Assembly: GCA_963674755.2 (NCBI GenBank)
Contig: CAXXVS010000003.1
Location: 2,624,001 to 2,688,000, forward strand
DNA from: Desulfobacterales bacterium
GTDB lineage: Bacteria; Desulfobacterota; Desulfobacteria; Desulfobacterales; UBA5852
Direction of reading: 5' to 3'
DNA: 64,000 bases
Of this stretch, positions 1 to 8,402 are shown piece after piece. The number at the start of each line of letters is the position of its first letter. Position 1 is the first letter of the stretch. The notes under the pieces were generated by a model. That model was not told the origin of the DNA. It saw nothing but the letters and a program-made list of their open reading frames with translations, and ran no database searches. A program made the translations under genes and the position numbers.

Positions 1-60
1 CGGGAATGGCTGATCGAAGCCGTTGACGCCATCCTGCACAAACTGGACGTCAAGGCCTGA
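1..60 (+). CDS. 3' end of an upstream gene (partial, product unknown)
   Basis: Frame 1 reads REWLIEAVDAILHKLDVKA* and stops 11 nt before the rnj ATG. Confidence 0.55.
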   Translation, partial: REWLIEAVDAILHKLDVKA

Positions 61-71
61 CAGCAGGATCC

Positions 72-1721
72 ATGCTGAAAATAATTCCCCTTGGTGGTTT
101 AGGCGAAATCGGCCTCAACATGATGGTGTTCGAATACCGGGACACCCTGTTCGTCGTCGACTGCGGACTCATGTTCCCGGAGGATTACATGTTGGGGGTG
201 GATTTTGTCATCCCGGACATGGACTATGTCCGGGCCAACCAGCACAAGGTGGCCGCCATCGTTTTGACCCACGCCCATGAAGACCACATCGGAGGCTTGC
301 CCTTTCTGCTGCGCATCGTCAACGCTCCGGTATTCGGGACGCCTTTTACCCTGGGCGTGGTGCGCAACAAGCTGGAAGAATTCGGGCTGACCCAGTCGGC
401 CAAACTCCATGAAATCAAAGCCGGGGGCCGAATCAAGCTGGGGGAGTTTCAGCTCGAGTTCATCCGCGTCCGGCACAGTGTGGTGGATGGCGTCGGGCTG
501 GCCATCGAGACCCCGTTGGGGGTGATTATCCACACGGGTGACTTCAAAATCAGCCATAGCAACCAGGACGGCATGGCCACCGATGTGAACCGCTTCGCCA
601 TGTACGGCCAGAAAGGCACCCTGGCGCTGCTATCCGATTCCACTAATGTGGAAAAAGAAGGCTACACCATTTCGGCCGAAGTTATCGGCGCTGCTTTGGC
701 GCGCGTTACCGAAGGGCGCAAGGGGCGCATTATCATCGCGCTTTTTGCGTCGAACATCACCCGCATCCAGCAGATCGTCAATATCGCCGAAGCGCGGGGC
801 AAAAAGATCGTCTTCAACGGCAGAAGTATCGAGATTTCCGTGAAGCTGGCCAAGGAGCTGGGCTATCTCAAGGTTCCAGCCGACCTGGAAATCGACATCG
901 ACGATATCGGCTACTACCCGGATGATGAGGTCATCCTGGTCACCACGGGCAGCCAGGGTGAGCCCATGTCGGTGTTGGCCCGCATGGCCGCCGGCACCCA
1001 CAAGCACATCAAAATCCGTAAAGAAGACACCATCGTGCTGTCGTCCAAATTTATCCCCGGCAACGAACGCGCCATCGCCGGCATTATCAACCGGCTCTAC
1101 CGTTTGGGGGCCGACGTCATTTACGAGAAGATTTCCGATATCCATGTTTCGGGGCACGCCTTCCGGGAAGAATTGAAACTCATGATCAACCTGACCAAGC
1201 CCCGGTTTTTCATCCCCATCCATGGCGAATACCGTCACTTGACGCTGCACGCGCGCCTGGCCCAGGAGGTCGGCATCCCGCCGGAGCGGATTTTGTTGGC
1301 CGAGAACGGACAGGTAGTCGAATTCGAAGGCCGGGAAGGCCGTATCCGCAACCGTGTGGGCACCGGACGGGTGCTGATCGACGGCAAAGGGGTGGGCGAT
1401 GTGGGGCGCAGTGTGCTCAGAGAGCGGCGCAATCTCTCCGAGCATGGTCTCGTGGTGGTGGCCATGGCACTGGACGAGGACACCGGTACGGTTGTTTACG
1501 GTCCGGAGATTTTCTCCCGGGGATTCGTCTTTGAACTTGAGACGGGGCATTTACTGGACGATGCGGTATGTGTCGTTCTGGAGGTGGTGGAAGATATCGG
1601 TCCGGAAACCCACAACCGCGTGGCCCGGATTCGTTCCCGGCTGCAGACCGTCCTGAAGCAGTATTTTTTCTTCACCATCGCCCGACGACCGGTCATCGTC
1701 CCGATCATCATCGAGGTCTGA
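72..1721 (+). CDS. rnj: Ribonuclease J (MBL/beta-CASP)
   Basis: IIPLGGLGEIGLNM N-terminus, THAHEDHIGG, HTGDFK, TGSQGEP, IHVSGHA, PIHGEYRH, and C-terminal RRPVIVPIIIEV. Confidence 0.97.
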   Translation: MLKIIPLGGLGEIGLNMMVFEYRDTLFVVDCGLMFPEDYMLGVDFVIPDMDYVRANQHKVAAIVLTHAHEDHIGGLPFLLRIVNAPVFGTPFTLGVVRNKLEEFGLTQSAKLHEIKAGGRIKLGEFQLEFIRVRHSVVDGVGLAIETPLGVIIHTGDFKISHSNQDGMATDVNRFAMYGQKGTLALLSDSTNVEKEGYTISAEVIGAALARVTEGRKGRIIIALFASNITRIQQIVNIAEARGKKIVFNGRSIEISVKLAKELGYLKVPADLEIDIDDIGYYPDDEVILVTTGSQGEPMSVLARMAAGTHKHIKIRKEDTIVLSSKFIPGNERAIAGIINRLYRLGADVIYEKISDIHVSGHAFREELKLMINLTKPRFFIPIHGEYRHLTLHARLAQEVGIPPERILLAENGQVVEFEGREGRIRNRVGTGRVLIDGKGVGDVGRSVLRERRNLSEHGLVVVAMALDEDTGTVVYGPEIFSRGFVFELETGHLLDDAVCVVLEVVEDIGPETHNRVARIRSRLQTVLKQYFFFTIARRPVIVPIIIEV

Positions 1722-1816
1722 GACGTTTACCACAACCCCATGCAAGGAGACCGCGTCTCTTCCCTAACCGGCGGCATTGGGGGGGCCGCCTGCGGCAGCG
1801 ACGCTATGAATCGATT

Positions 1817-3970
1817 ATGCGCAAGGAAATTATCGGCATTCTGCTTTTCTTCCTGCTGGTGTTCATCCTAGTCAGCCTGGTTTCCTACCATCCGCAGGAT
1901 CCCTCCTTCAACAATGCCACCTCCGGCCAGACGATCGAAAACCTATTCGGTCTCGTGGGCGCCTATCTGTCCGATGCCCTGATCGGCCTTTTCGGGCTGG
2001 GCGCCTTTTGGGTGCCCCTCCTGCTGTTGTTCCTGAGCATTCAGTTTTTCGCCAGCCGTCCCCCTATCGATTTCGGGTTGACGTCCCTGGGAGGCCTCCT
2101 GTTGATCCTGACCAGCGGGGCCCTGCTGGCGTTTCAGCACAACGACTACATTGTCTTCGGCAACCGCTTCTCATCCGGGGGCTGGATCGGGATTCACCTG
2201 CAAGACGCCCTGGTGCGCTATACCAACCCCACCGGGGCCGGTATCATCCTGGCCATCCTGTGGCTGATCGGATTCATCCTGATGACCGGTTTTTCCCTGC
2301 TGCGCTTCAGCGACCGATGCCGTGGGGCCGTCATGAAAATCGTCGACCGGATCCAAACCGCCTACCTCAAGCGCAAAGAACGCCGCAGCAAGGCCGCCAA
2401 ACGCCAGAACCGGCTCAAGACCCAGAGCGAACACCAGGCGCCGGAGATCAAGATCAAGGCGCCCCAGCCCAAGGTCCTCAAGGCGGCCCCCGCTCCCAAG
2501 CAGGAGGTGTTCGCCTTCATGAAGAAGGAGGGCGGATTCCAGCTGCCGCCGGTAGCCTTCCTGGAAGAACCCGATCACACGCCCACCTCGGCCGATGATG
2601 AGAATCTGCGCATGCTCTCCAAGCTTCTGGAAAAGAAACTCGAGGATTTCAATGTGCACGGCAACGTGGTGGCCGTCTCGCCCGGCCCGGTCATTACGAC
2701 CTTCGAATACGCCCCGGCGGCCGGGGTCAAAATCAACAAGATCGTCACCCTGGCCGACGATCTGGCGCTGACCCTGCGGGCCACCAGTGTGCGCATCGTG
2801 GCCCCGATTCCCGGCAAGGCCGCCATCGGCATCGAGATTCCCAACCAGGAGCGGGAAACGGTTCGCTTCCGCGAAGTGGTGGTTTCACCGGCTTTTGAGA
2901 AATCGCGCTCCAAGCTCACGATTTGCCTGGGCAAGGACATCATCGGCAATCCGGTGGTGGCCGAACTGGAAAAAATGCCCCATTTGCTGATCGCCGGAGC
3001 CACGGGTGCGGGCAAGAGTGTGGCCCTCAATACGATGATCTGCAGCTTCCTCTACAAGGCCAGCCCCGAGGAAGTGAAACTGATCATGGTGGACCCCAAG
3101 CGCATCGAACTGACCATGTATGACGGGATCCCTCATTTGATCACGCCGGTCGTGACCGACGTCAAAAAAGCCACCAATGCCCTTTTCTGGGCCGTGCGCG
3201 AGATGGAGCGCCGCTATGAACTGCTTTCTGAAAAGCGGGTGCGCAACATCGCCCAGTACAATCAGAAAATCGCCAAACTCCCCAAGAAGGAACGCGAAGG
3301 CGAGACACCGCCCGAGAAGCTGCCTCTCATCGTCATCATCATCGACGAGCTGGCCGACCTCATGATGGTGGCCTCCCGGGATGTGGAGGTGGCCCTCACC
3401 CGTCTGGCCCAGATGGCCCGGGCGGCTGGCATTCATCTCATCCTGGCCACCCAGCGGCCTTCGGTGGACGTGCTGACCGGCATCATCAAGGCCAACTTCC
3501 CCACCCGGCTGAGCTTCCAGGTGTCTTCCAAAACCGATTCCCGCACCATTCTGGACACCAACGGGGCCGAAACCCTGCTCGGCAAGGGGGATATGCTCTT
3601 CATGCCCCCCGGGGCCGGCAAATTGCAGCGCATCCACGGGGCCTACATCAGCGAGACGGAACTCAACCAGATCACCGAATTTCTGAAAGCCCAGGGCCAG
3701 CCCGAGTATGACGAAGCCGTAACCGAAGCCGTGCCGGCGGCGGCCGCCGAAGGGGAAGAGACGGAATATGACGAGCGCTACGACGACGCGGTGGCCCTGG
3801 TGACCCAGAACGGACAGGCCTCCATTTCCATGGTACAGCGCCATTTGCGCATTGGCTACAACCGGGCGGCCCGGATCATCGAGGCCATGGAGCGGGAAGG
3901 GATCATCGGTCCGGCCGACGGGGCCAAACCGCGGGAGGTGCTTGTGCGCAACTACGAGGACATGAAGTAG
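1817..3970 (+). CDS. ftsK: DNA translocase FtsK/SpoIIIE
   Basis: N-terminal TM domain (start reassigned to MRKEIIG at 1817), Walker A AGATGAGKS, MVDPKRIEL, IIDELADLMM, ATQRPSVDV, gamma domain LRIGYNRAARII. Confidence 0.97.
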   Translation: MRKEIIGILLFFLLVFILVSLVSYHPQDPSFNNATSGQTIENLFGLVGAYLSDALIGLFGLGAFWVPLLLLFLSIQFFASRPPIDFGLTSLGGLLLILTSGALLAFQHNDYIVFGNRFSSGGWIGIHLQDALVRYTNPTGAGIILAILWLIGFILMTGFSLLRFSDRCRGAVMKIVDRIQTAYLKRKERRSKAAKRQNRLKTQSEHQAPEIKIKAPQPKVLKAAPAPKQEVFAFMKKEGGFQLPPVAFLEEPDHTPTSADDENLRMLSKLLEKKLEDFNVHGNVVAVSPGPVITTFEYAPAAGVKINKIVTLADDLALTLRATSVRIVAPIPGKAAIGIEIPNQERETVRFREVVVSPAFEKSRSKLTICLGKDIIGNPVVAELEKMPHLLIAGATGAGKSVALNTMICSFLYKASPEEVKLIMVDPKRIELTMYDGIPHLITPVVTDVKKATNALFWAVREMERRYELLSEKRVRNIAQYNQKIAKLPKKEREGETPPEKLPLIVIIIDELADLMMVASRDVEVALTRLAQMARAAGIHLILATQRPSVDVLTGIIKANFPTRLSFQVSSKTDSRTILDTNGAETLLGKGDMLFMPPGAGKLQRIHGAYISETELNQITEFLKAQGQPEYDEAVTEAVPAAAAEGEETEYDERYDDAVALVTQNGQASISMVQRHLRIGYNRAARIIEAMEREGIIGPADGAKPREVLVRNYEDMK

Positions 3971-4112
3971 AAGCAACCTCAAAAAAGTCTTTTCGCCCGA
4001 TATCTACGTTGAGGGCTCGTCGCAAGTCCTCGGCATACGAATGTATGCCTGCGGGTTGCACCGAGCCCTCGCCTTGATCTCGAACGAAAATCCAGATTTT
4101 GAGGTTACTTCT
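3969..4112. repeat. ~144-bp palindromic MITE/ERIC-like element
   Basis: Termini AGAAGCAACCTCAAAA / TTTTGAGGTTACTTCT (15/16 inverted match); nested inverted arms TTTTCG/CGAAAA, GAGGGCTCG/CGAGCCCTC, GGCATAC/GTATGCC. Confidence 0.8.
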
Positions 4113-4218
4113 TCAGGCAATTAAATTTTCATTGGTATTGGTGTGCAGAGTATGCTTGCCGTGCCCCCGATTTTGCGGTGCGGAATACCTATAAATGAGG
4201 TGAGTCGTCTTGCTGCCG

Positions 4219-4863
4219 ATGTTGGACACGGCGCTGATCGCGCGGACTAAAGGTTTTCTTGACGAAGAAGAGGGGGGCAAGCTCTACGAGCTCGCCCGGG
4301 AAGTTTCCGGTCGAGGGCCCTGTCTGGAGATTGGGAGCTATTGTGGAAAATCCTCGCTTTACCTGGGCGCGGGCTGCAGGACCAGGGGCGGCATCCTGTT
4401 TTCCATCGACCACCACCAGGGCAATGAGGAACAGCAGCCCGGGGAAGCCTATTGCGATCCCGAGCTCATCGACCCCCGCACCGGCCGCATCAACACCTTG
4501 GATGACTTCCGGCGCACCATCGAAGAGGCTGCCCTGGAGGAAACGGTGGTGCCCGTCGTGAGCCGCTCCCGGACGGTGGCGCGGCACTGGGCCACCCCTT
4601 TGGGCCTGGTGTTCATCGACGGCGGCCACACCTTCGAAGCGGCCTTTAGCGATTATAACGCCTGGGCGGGCCATGTTCTCCCAGGCGGTTACCTTTTGAT
4701 TCACGATATCTTTTTCGACCCGGCCGAGGGCGGTCAGGCGCCCCGTCATATCTACGACCTGGCCTGCCGTTCGGGATTGTTCGACGACCTGGGTGTGTTA
4801 AAAACCCTCGCTGTTTTAAGACGCCGCGACGGTTCCCAATTGCCCGCCGGCCTGCCGACCTGA
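4219..4863 (+). CDS. Class I SAM-dependent methyltransferase (Methyltransf_24-like)
   Basis: LEIGSYCGKS SAM motif, SIDHHQG, FIDGGH, and LIHD motifs. Confidence 0.85.
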   Translation: MLDTALIARTKGFLDEEEGGKLYELAREVSGRGPCLEIGSYCGKSSLYLGAGCRTRGGILFSIDHHQGNEEQQPGEAYCDPELIDPRTGRINTLDDFRRTIEEAALEETVVPVVSRSRTVARHWATPLGLVFIDGGHTFEAAFSDYNAWAGHVLPGGYLLIHDIFFDPAEGGQAPRHIYDLACRSGLFDDLGVLKTLAVLRRRDGSQLPAGLPT

Positions 4864-4868
4864 GAATC

Positions 4869-5734
4869 CTACGCCTTGTTCGATCGCCGCCAGATTTTCA
4901 TTTTCTCCGCTTCCCGGATCAATTCGTCGCGAAAGTCCGGGTGGGCAATCTGGATCAGTTTTTCGGCCCGCATCCAGGTGGGGCAGGCCGTCATGCGGGC
5001 GGCGCCGTACTCCGTGACGATATAGTCCACCATCTGGCGCGGGATGGTCACGGCCGTGCCTTCCGGGAAGCGCGGCAGAATGCGCGACTGCACCACACCT
5101 TCCGCATCGGTGAAGGTCGAACTCAGGCAAATAAAACTTTTGCCGCCCCTGGACCAGGTTGCACCCAGAACGAAATCCCACATGCCGCCGTTGCCCGAGA
5201 TCTGGCTGCCGGCCCGGTTTTCGGCATTGACCTGACTGAGCAGATCGACCTGGACCGCATTGCAGATGCTGATCATGTTGTCGTTGCGGCAGATGACGCG
5301 CGGATCGTTGGTGTAATCCACGTTGTAGGCTGCCAGGGCCGGGTTGTTGTCCATGTGGTGCGGGCATGGTCCCAGGAGCGATAACGCCGTCCGGTGCCCA
5401 AATCACGGTAGTAGGACGGGGCGCGGTGGTACTGGATGGGGGCATAATAGGCCGGGGCCACCTGTTCGTGCATGATGCGCGTCAGTTTGCTCCAGTGCCA
5501 ATCCATGTAGATAAAACTTTCCGGATAGTTGATGACGGCCGGTATGGGGGGGACGGAGACGGCCGTGTAGATGCTCACATCCCGGAGTTCAGGGGACCGC
5601 CGGGCCAGCGCCAGGTCGCAGACCACCGGCTTGCCGTTGAAGAAGCCGTAGTCGACGACATCGCCGGAGGCCACAGCCTGCACCGCCACGTCGGCCGAGA
5701 CGCGCCGACGGGCGTAATCTTGAGTGTAATCCAT
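4869..5734 (-). pseudogene. Acetyl-CoA hydrolase/4-hydroxybutyrate CoA-transferase family, internally deleted and frameshifted
   Basis: N-terminal part (MDYTQDYARRRVSADVAVQAVASGD...) and C-terminal part (YTNDPRVI, AVQVDLLSQVNAE, ISGNGGMWDF, YIVTEYG, IAHPDFRDEL) lie in different frames. Together they give ~280 aa versus ~430 typical, and the central catalytic segment is missing. Confidence 0.8.
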
Positions 5735-5748
5735 GGTATGCTCCTTAG

Positions 5749-5984
5749 GTGTCCGTCCCGAGATGGCATCTTTGAGCCCCTGGCCCGCCGCCGGTAAACC
5801 AATCCACCTTTGGCGGACAAGCCGTCGTTTTCGCCTCCTGTCGGTTTTCGGCGTAGCCGGGCGACGCCGGCGGGCACTAGTCCGCTACGGTTTGTTGAAC
5901 ACCGATGTGTTCAAAAATCAGATGTGAAATCCCGCGTTCTGCGGCGGGGCCAGGAACCAAAAGCTACCATCTCTGGACGTGCAC
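5749..5984. mobile_element. MITE-like element, copy 1
   Basis: Imperfect terminal inverted repeats GTGTCCGTCCCGAGATGGCATCTTTG / CAAAAGCTACCATCTCTGGACGTGCAC; internal similarity to 49238, 56047 and 63559. Confidence 0.8.
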
Positions 5985-6129
5985 GATGTATGATGAAAGG
6001 CGATCGAGAAAAGCTTTTTAGTGTTTACTCAGGTTAAAATCAAGCCTTATTTGAGAGGGGTGAGGGCGGGCTGTGAAGGGCGTCCGTTCAGTGGCGTTAT
6101 CTCTTGAAGATGCAACCGGCCGGGGTATT

Positions 6130-6843
6130 TCAGCAGGGCTTGCGGAAATAGAGGACCAGGCTTTTGCCGAGGATCGGGTTGAGGAAGCGGTCGAGATGCC
6201 GTGTCAGGGGCGGGTGCTGCAGGATGTCCCAGGTCAGAAAACGGTGGTAGAGGTTGACGACCCGGGAATCTTTCCGGGTCGGTCCCACCAGGCATTTGAG
6301 CCACCAATAGGGGGAATGCAGACTGTGGGCATAGTGGATCCGGTAAAGCGTCAGACCGGTCCCCTGGATCATGCGAACCAGGGCGTTTTTGCGATAGATG
6401 CGCACATGGCCCTGGTTGGCCTGGTGGTATTCAGCGGACAGGGCCCAGCAGATGCGCTCCGGGAAATAGCGGGGCACGCTGACCACCAGGTGCCCGCCGG
6501 GCTTTAAAACACGGACCAGTTCCGCGAGAGCCCGGTCGTGGTCGGGAATGTGCTCCATGACTTCGCTGCAGACGACGGCCTGGAAATGGCTGTCCCCAAA
6601 CGGCAGGCGGCGCACATCGGCCGCCGACAGACACCAGCAACCGCCGCCGTGCTCGCCCAGCCGGTCATGGAATTCGAGGCGCTGGCGGGCCTGCATAAGA
6701 TCTTCGCTATTGAGATCCGCCCCCACGGCCACGATGCCTTCCAGGCGATAGGCCTCGGCCGTATGGCGCCCGTTGCCGCAGCCGATGTCGAGCACGTGCT
6801 GCCCGGGTTTTAGGTTCAGACGCTTAAGATCGGCGGTGATCAT
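6130..6843 (-). CDS. Class I SAM-dependent methyltransferase
   Basis: Start reassigned to MITADLKRL; VLDIGCGNGRH, LPFGDSHF, SEVMEHI, RVLKPGG. Overlaps the end of the glycosyltransferase gene. Confidence 0.9.
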   Translation of the reverse strand: MITADLKRLNLKPGQHVLDIGCGNGRHTAEAYRLEGIVAVGADLNSEDLMQARQRLEFHDRLGEHGGGCWCLSAADVRRLPFGDSHFQAVVCSEVMEHIPDHDRALAELVRVLKPGGHLVVSVPRYFPERICWALSAEYHQANQGHVRIYRKNALVRMIQGTGLTLYRIHYAHSLHSPYWWLKCLVGPTRKDSRVVNLYHRFLTWDILQHPPLTRHLDRFLNPILGKSLVLYFRKPC

Positions 6844-8071
6844 CGATGACCTCCCGATAGGCCGCCACCGTTTTCTCGGCCGCCCGCCGCCAGGTGAAAT
6901 GGGTCTGCACCCGTTCATAGCCCTGCTGCCCGATGGCGGCCGCCTTGGCGGGATTGTCGAGCAGATCCTGGATGGCGGCGGCCAGGGCTCCGGCATCCCG
7001 GGGCGGTACCAGGACGCCGGCTTCGCCCACCACTTCCGGCAGGGCACCGCCGGTGGTGGCGATCACCGGCACCCCGCAGGCCATGGCTTCGCCCGCCGGC
7101 AGGCCGAAACCCTCGTAGACCGAAGGCACCACCGCGATCCGGGCGCGGGCGTACTGGCGTATGAAAGCGGCGTGACTGATCCGTCCGGTGAAGGTCACCT
7201 GGGGCGCCAGATCCAGATGCCGTACCATCCGGGCGATGGTGCCGTTGGGTTTGGGCTGGCCGATGACCACCAGCCGAATCGGCCGCTGGCGGCGCAAGCG
7301 GGCGACAGCCTGCAGCAGGTAGGTCAGGCCCTTGAGAGGGGTATCGGCACTGTTGGTGACGATGATCCGGTTGTCGTCCCGGGGGACATCGGACAAGGGG
7401 TGAAAAAGAGCCGTATCGATGCCGTTGGGGACGATTCGAAACCGTTCGCGGGGAATGCCGAAATCACGGCTGATGTCGTCCCGGGCACATTTCGAAACGG
7501 TTAAAACATGGGAAAGCGTCCGGGCCACGCGTTTTTGCATGTGAATGAAAGAGTACCAGCGCAGCTGTTTGAGTTTGCGCCAGAAGCGGGTTTCCGCCTG
7601 AACCGCGATGTGGCGATCCACCGTGATGGGGTGATGGATGGTGGCCAGGGTGGGCAGCCGGCGGCTCACCGCCCAGAGACCATAAGAGAGGCTCTGGTTG
7701 TCGTGAATGACATCATAGCGGTGGCCGTTGTGCTGCAGGAAACGAAAGGCCTGGAAGCCGAACAGGAAGGGCTCCGGGAAGCCCATGGTGGAGACATTCA
7801 CCCATTCGTAGAGGTTTGGCAGCCGCTGCAATTCGTGAAGCCGGGGCAAGCGGAAGGGGTCGGCCGGGTTATAGAGATCCAGGGACGGTACCCGGTGCAC
7901 CGCAATGGCGGCGTCCAGCTGGGGATCCGGCGGCCCCGAGAGCACTTCCACATGGTGGCCCAGGTCCAGCAGGGACCGGCTCAAATGGTCGAGGTAAACC
8001 CCTTGGCCGCCGCAGTGGGGGTTGCTGCGGTAGGAGAGAAGACAAATGCGGAGCGGTCGCGGCATGATCAT
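6824..8071 (-). CDS. Glycosyltransferase family 4
   Basis: GGQGVY N-terminal loop, VPNGID, PSVYEGFGLPAGEAMACGVPVI GT-B signature, FTWRRAA. Confidence 0.92.
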   Translation of the reverse strand: MIMPRPLRICLLSYRSNPHCGGQGVYLDHLSRSLLDLGHHVEVLSGPPDPQLDAAIAVHRVPSLDLYNPADPFRLPRLHELQRLPNLYEWVNVSTMGFPEPFLFGFQAFRFLQHNGHRYDVIHDNQSLSYGLWAVSRRLPTLATIHHPITVDRHIAVQAETRFWRKLKQLRWYSFIHMQKRVARTLSHVLTVSKCARDDISRDFGIPRERFRIVPNGIDTALFHPLSDVPRDDNRIIVTNSADTPLKGLTYLLQAVARLRRQRPIRLVVIGQPKPNGTIARMVRHLDLAPQVTFTGRISHAAFIRQYARARIAVVPSVYEGFGLPAGEAMACGVPVIATTGGALPEVVGEAGVLVPPRDAGALAAAIQDLLDNPAKAAAIGQQGYERVQTHFTWRRAAEKTVAAYREVIDDHRRS

Positions 8072-8402
8072 CCGGGTTTATTGACAACGCGAAGGGCGAT
8101 ACGCATCGCGGTCGGGGTCAAATCGAGCAGGCCGTCTTCCGCCTCCCGAAAACAAGCGCGCAGATTAGCGCCATAGGGGCACCGGGTCAAGGGGTTTCTC
8201 CAGCGATGGAAGCGGCATCATCCGGTGGTTGAATCTCGCGTCTTCCGAGGCTATGATCGGCCGCTAAACCGGCGGCGCTGATTCGGATGGGCCGGCTTGG
8301 GTGCCTCCTCTGCAAATGGCGCGTTTCACCGGCAGCGGTCTGCCAATGGTAGGCGATTTGTGGTTAGACCGCGTTTTTACCTCAGGGAAACGAGATGGAA
8401 CG

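Noticed and set aside
1568..1816. N-terminal extensions in the ORF track (ftsK from 1568; likewise 8301, 25794, 30792, 31286, 7047, 41575, 56124)
   Set aside because: They overlap neighbouring genes or repeats, or lack family similarity; downstream starts have RBSs and family-typical N-termini.
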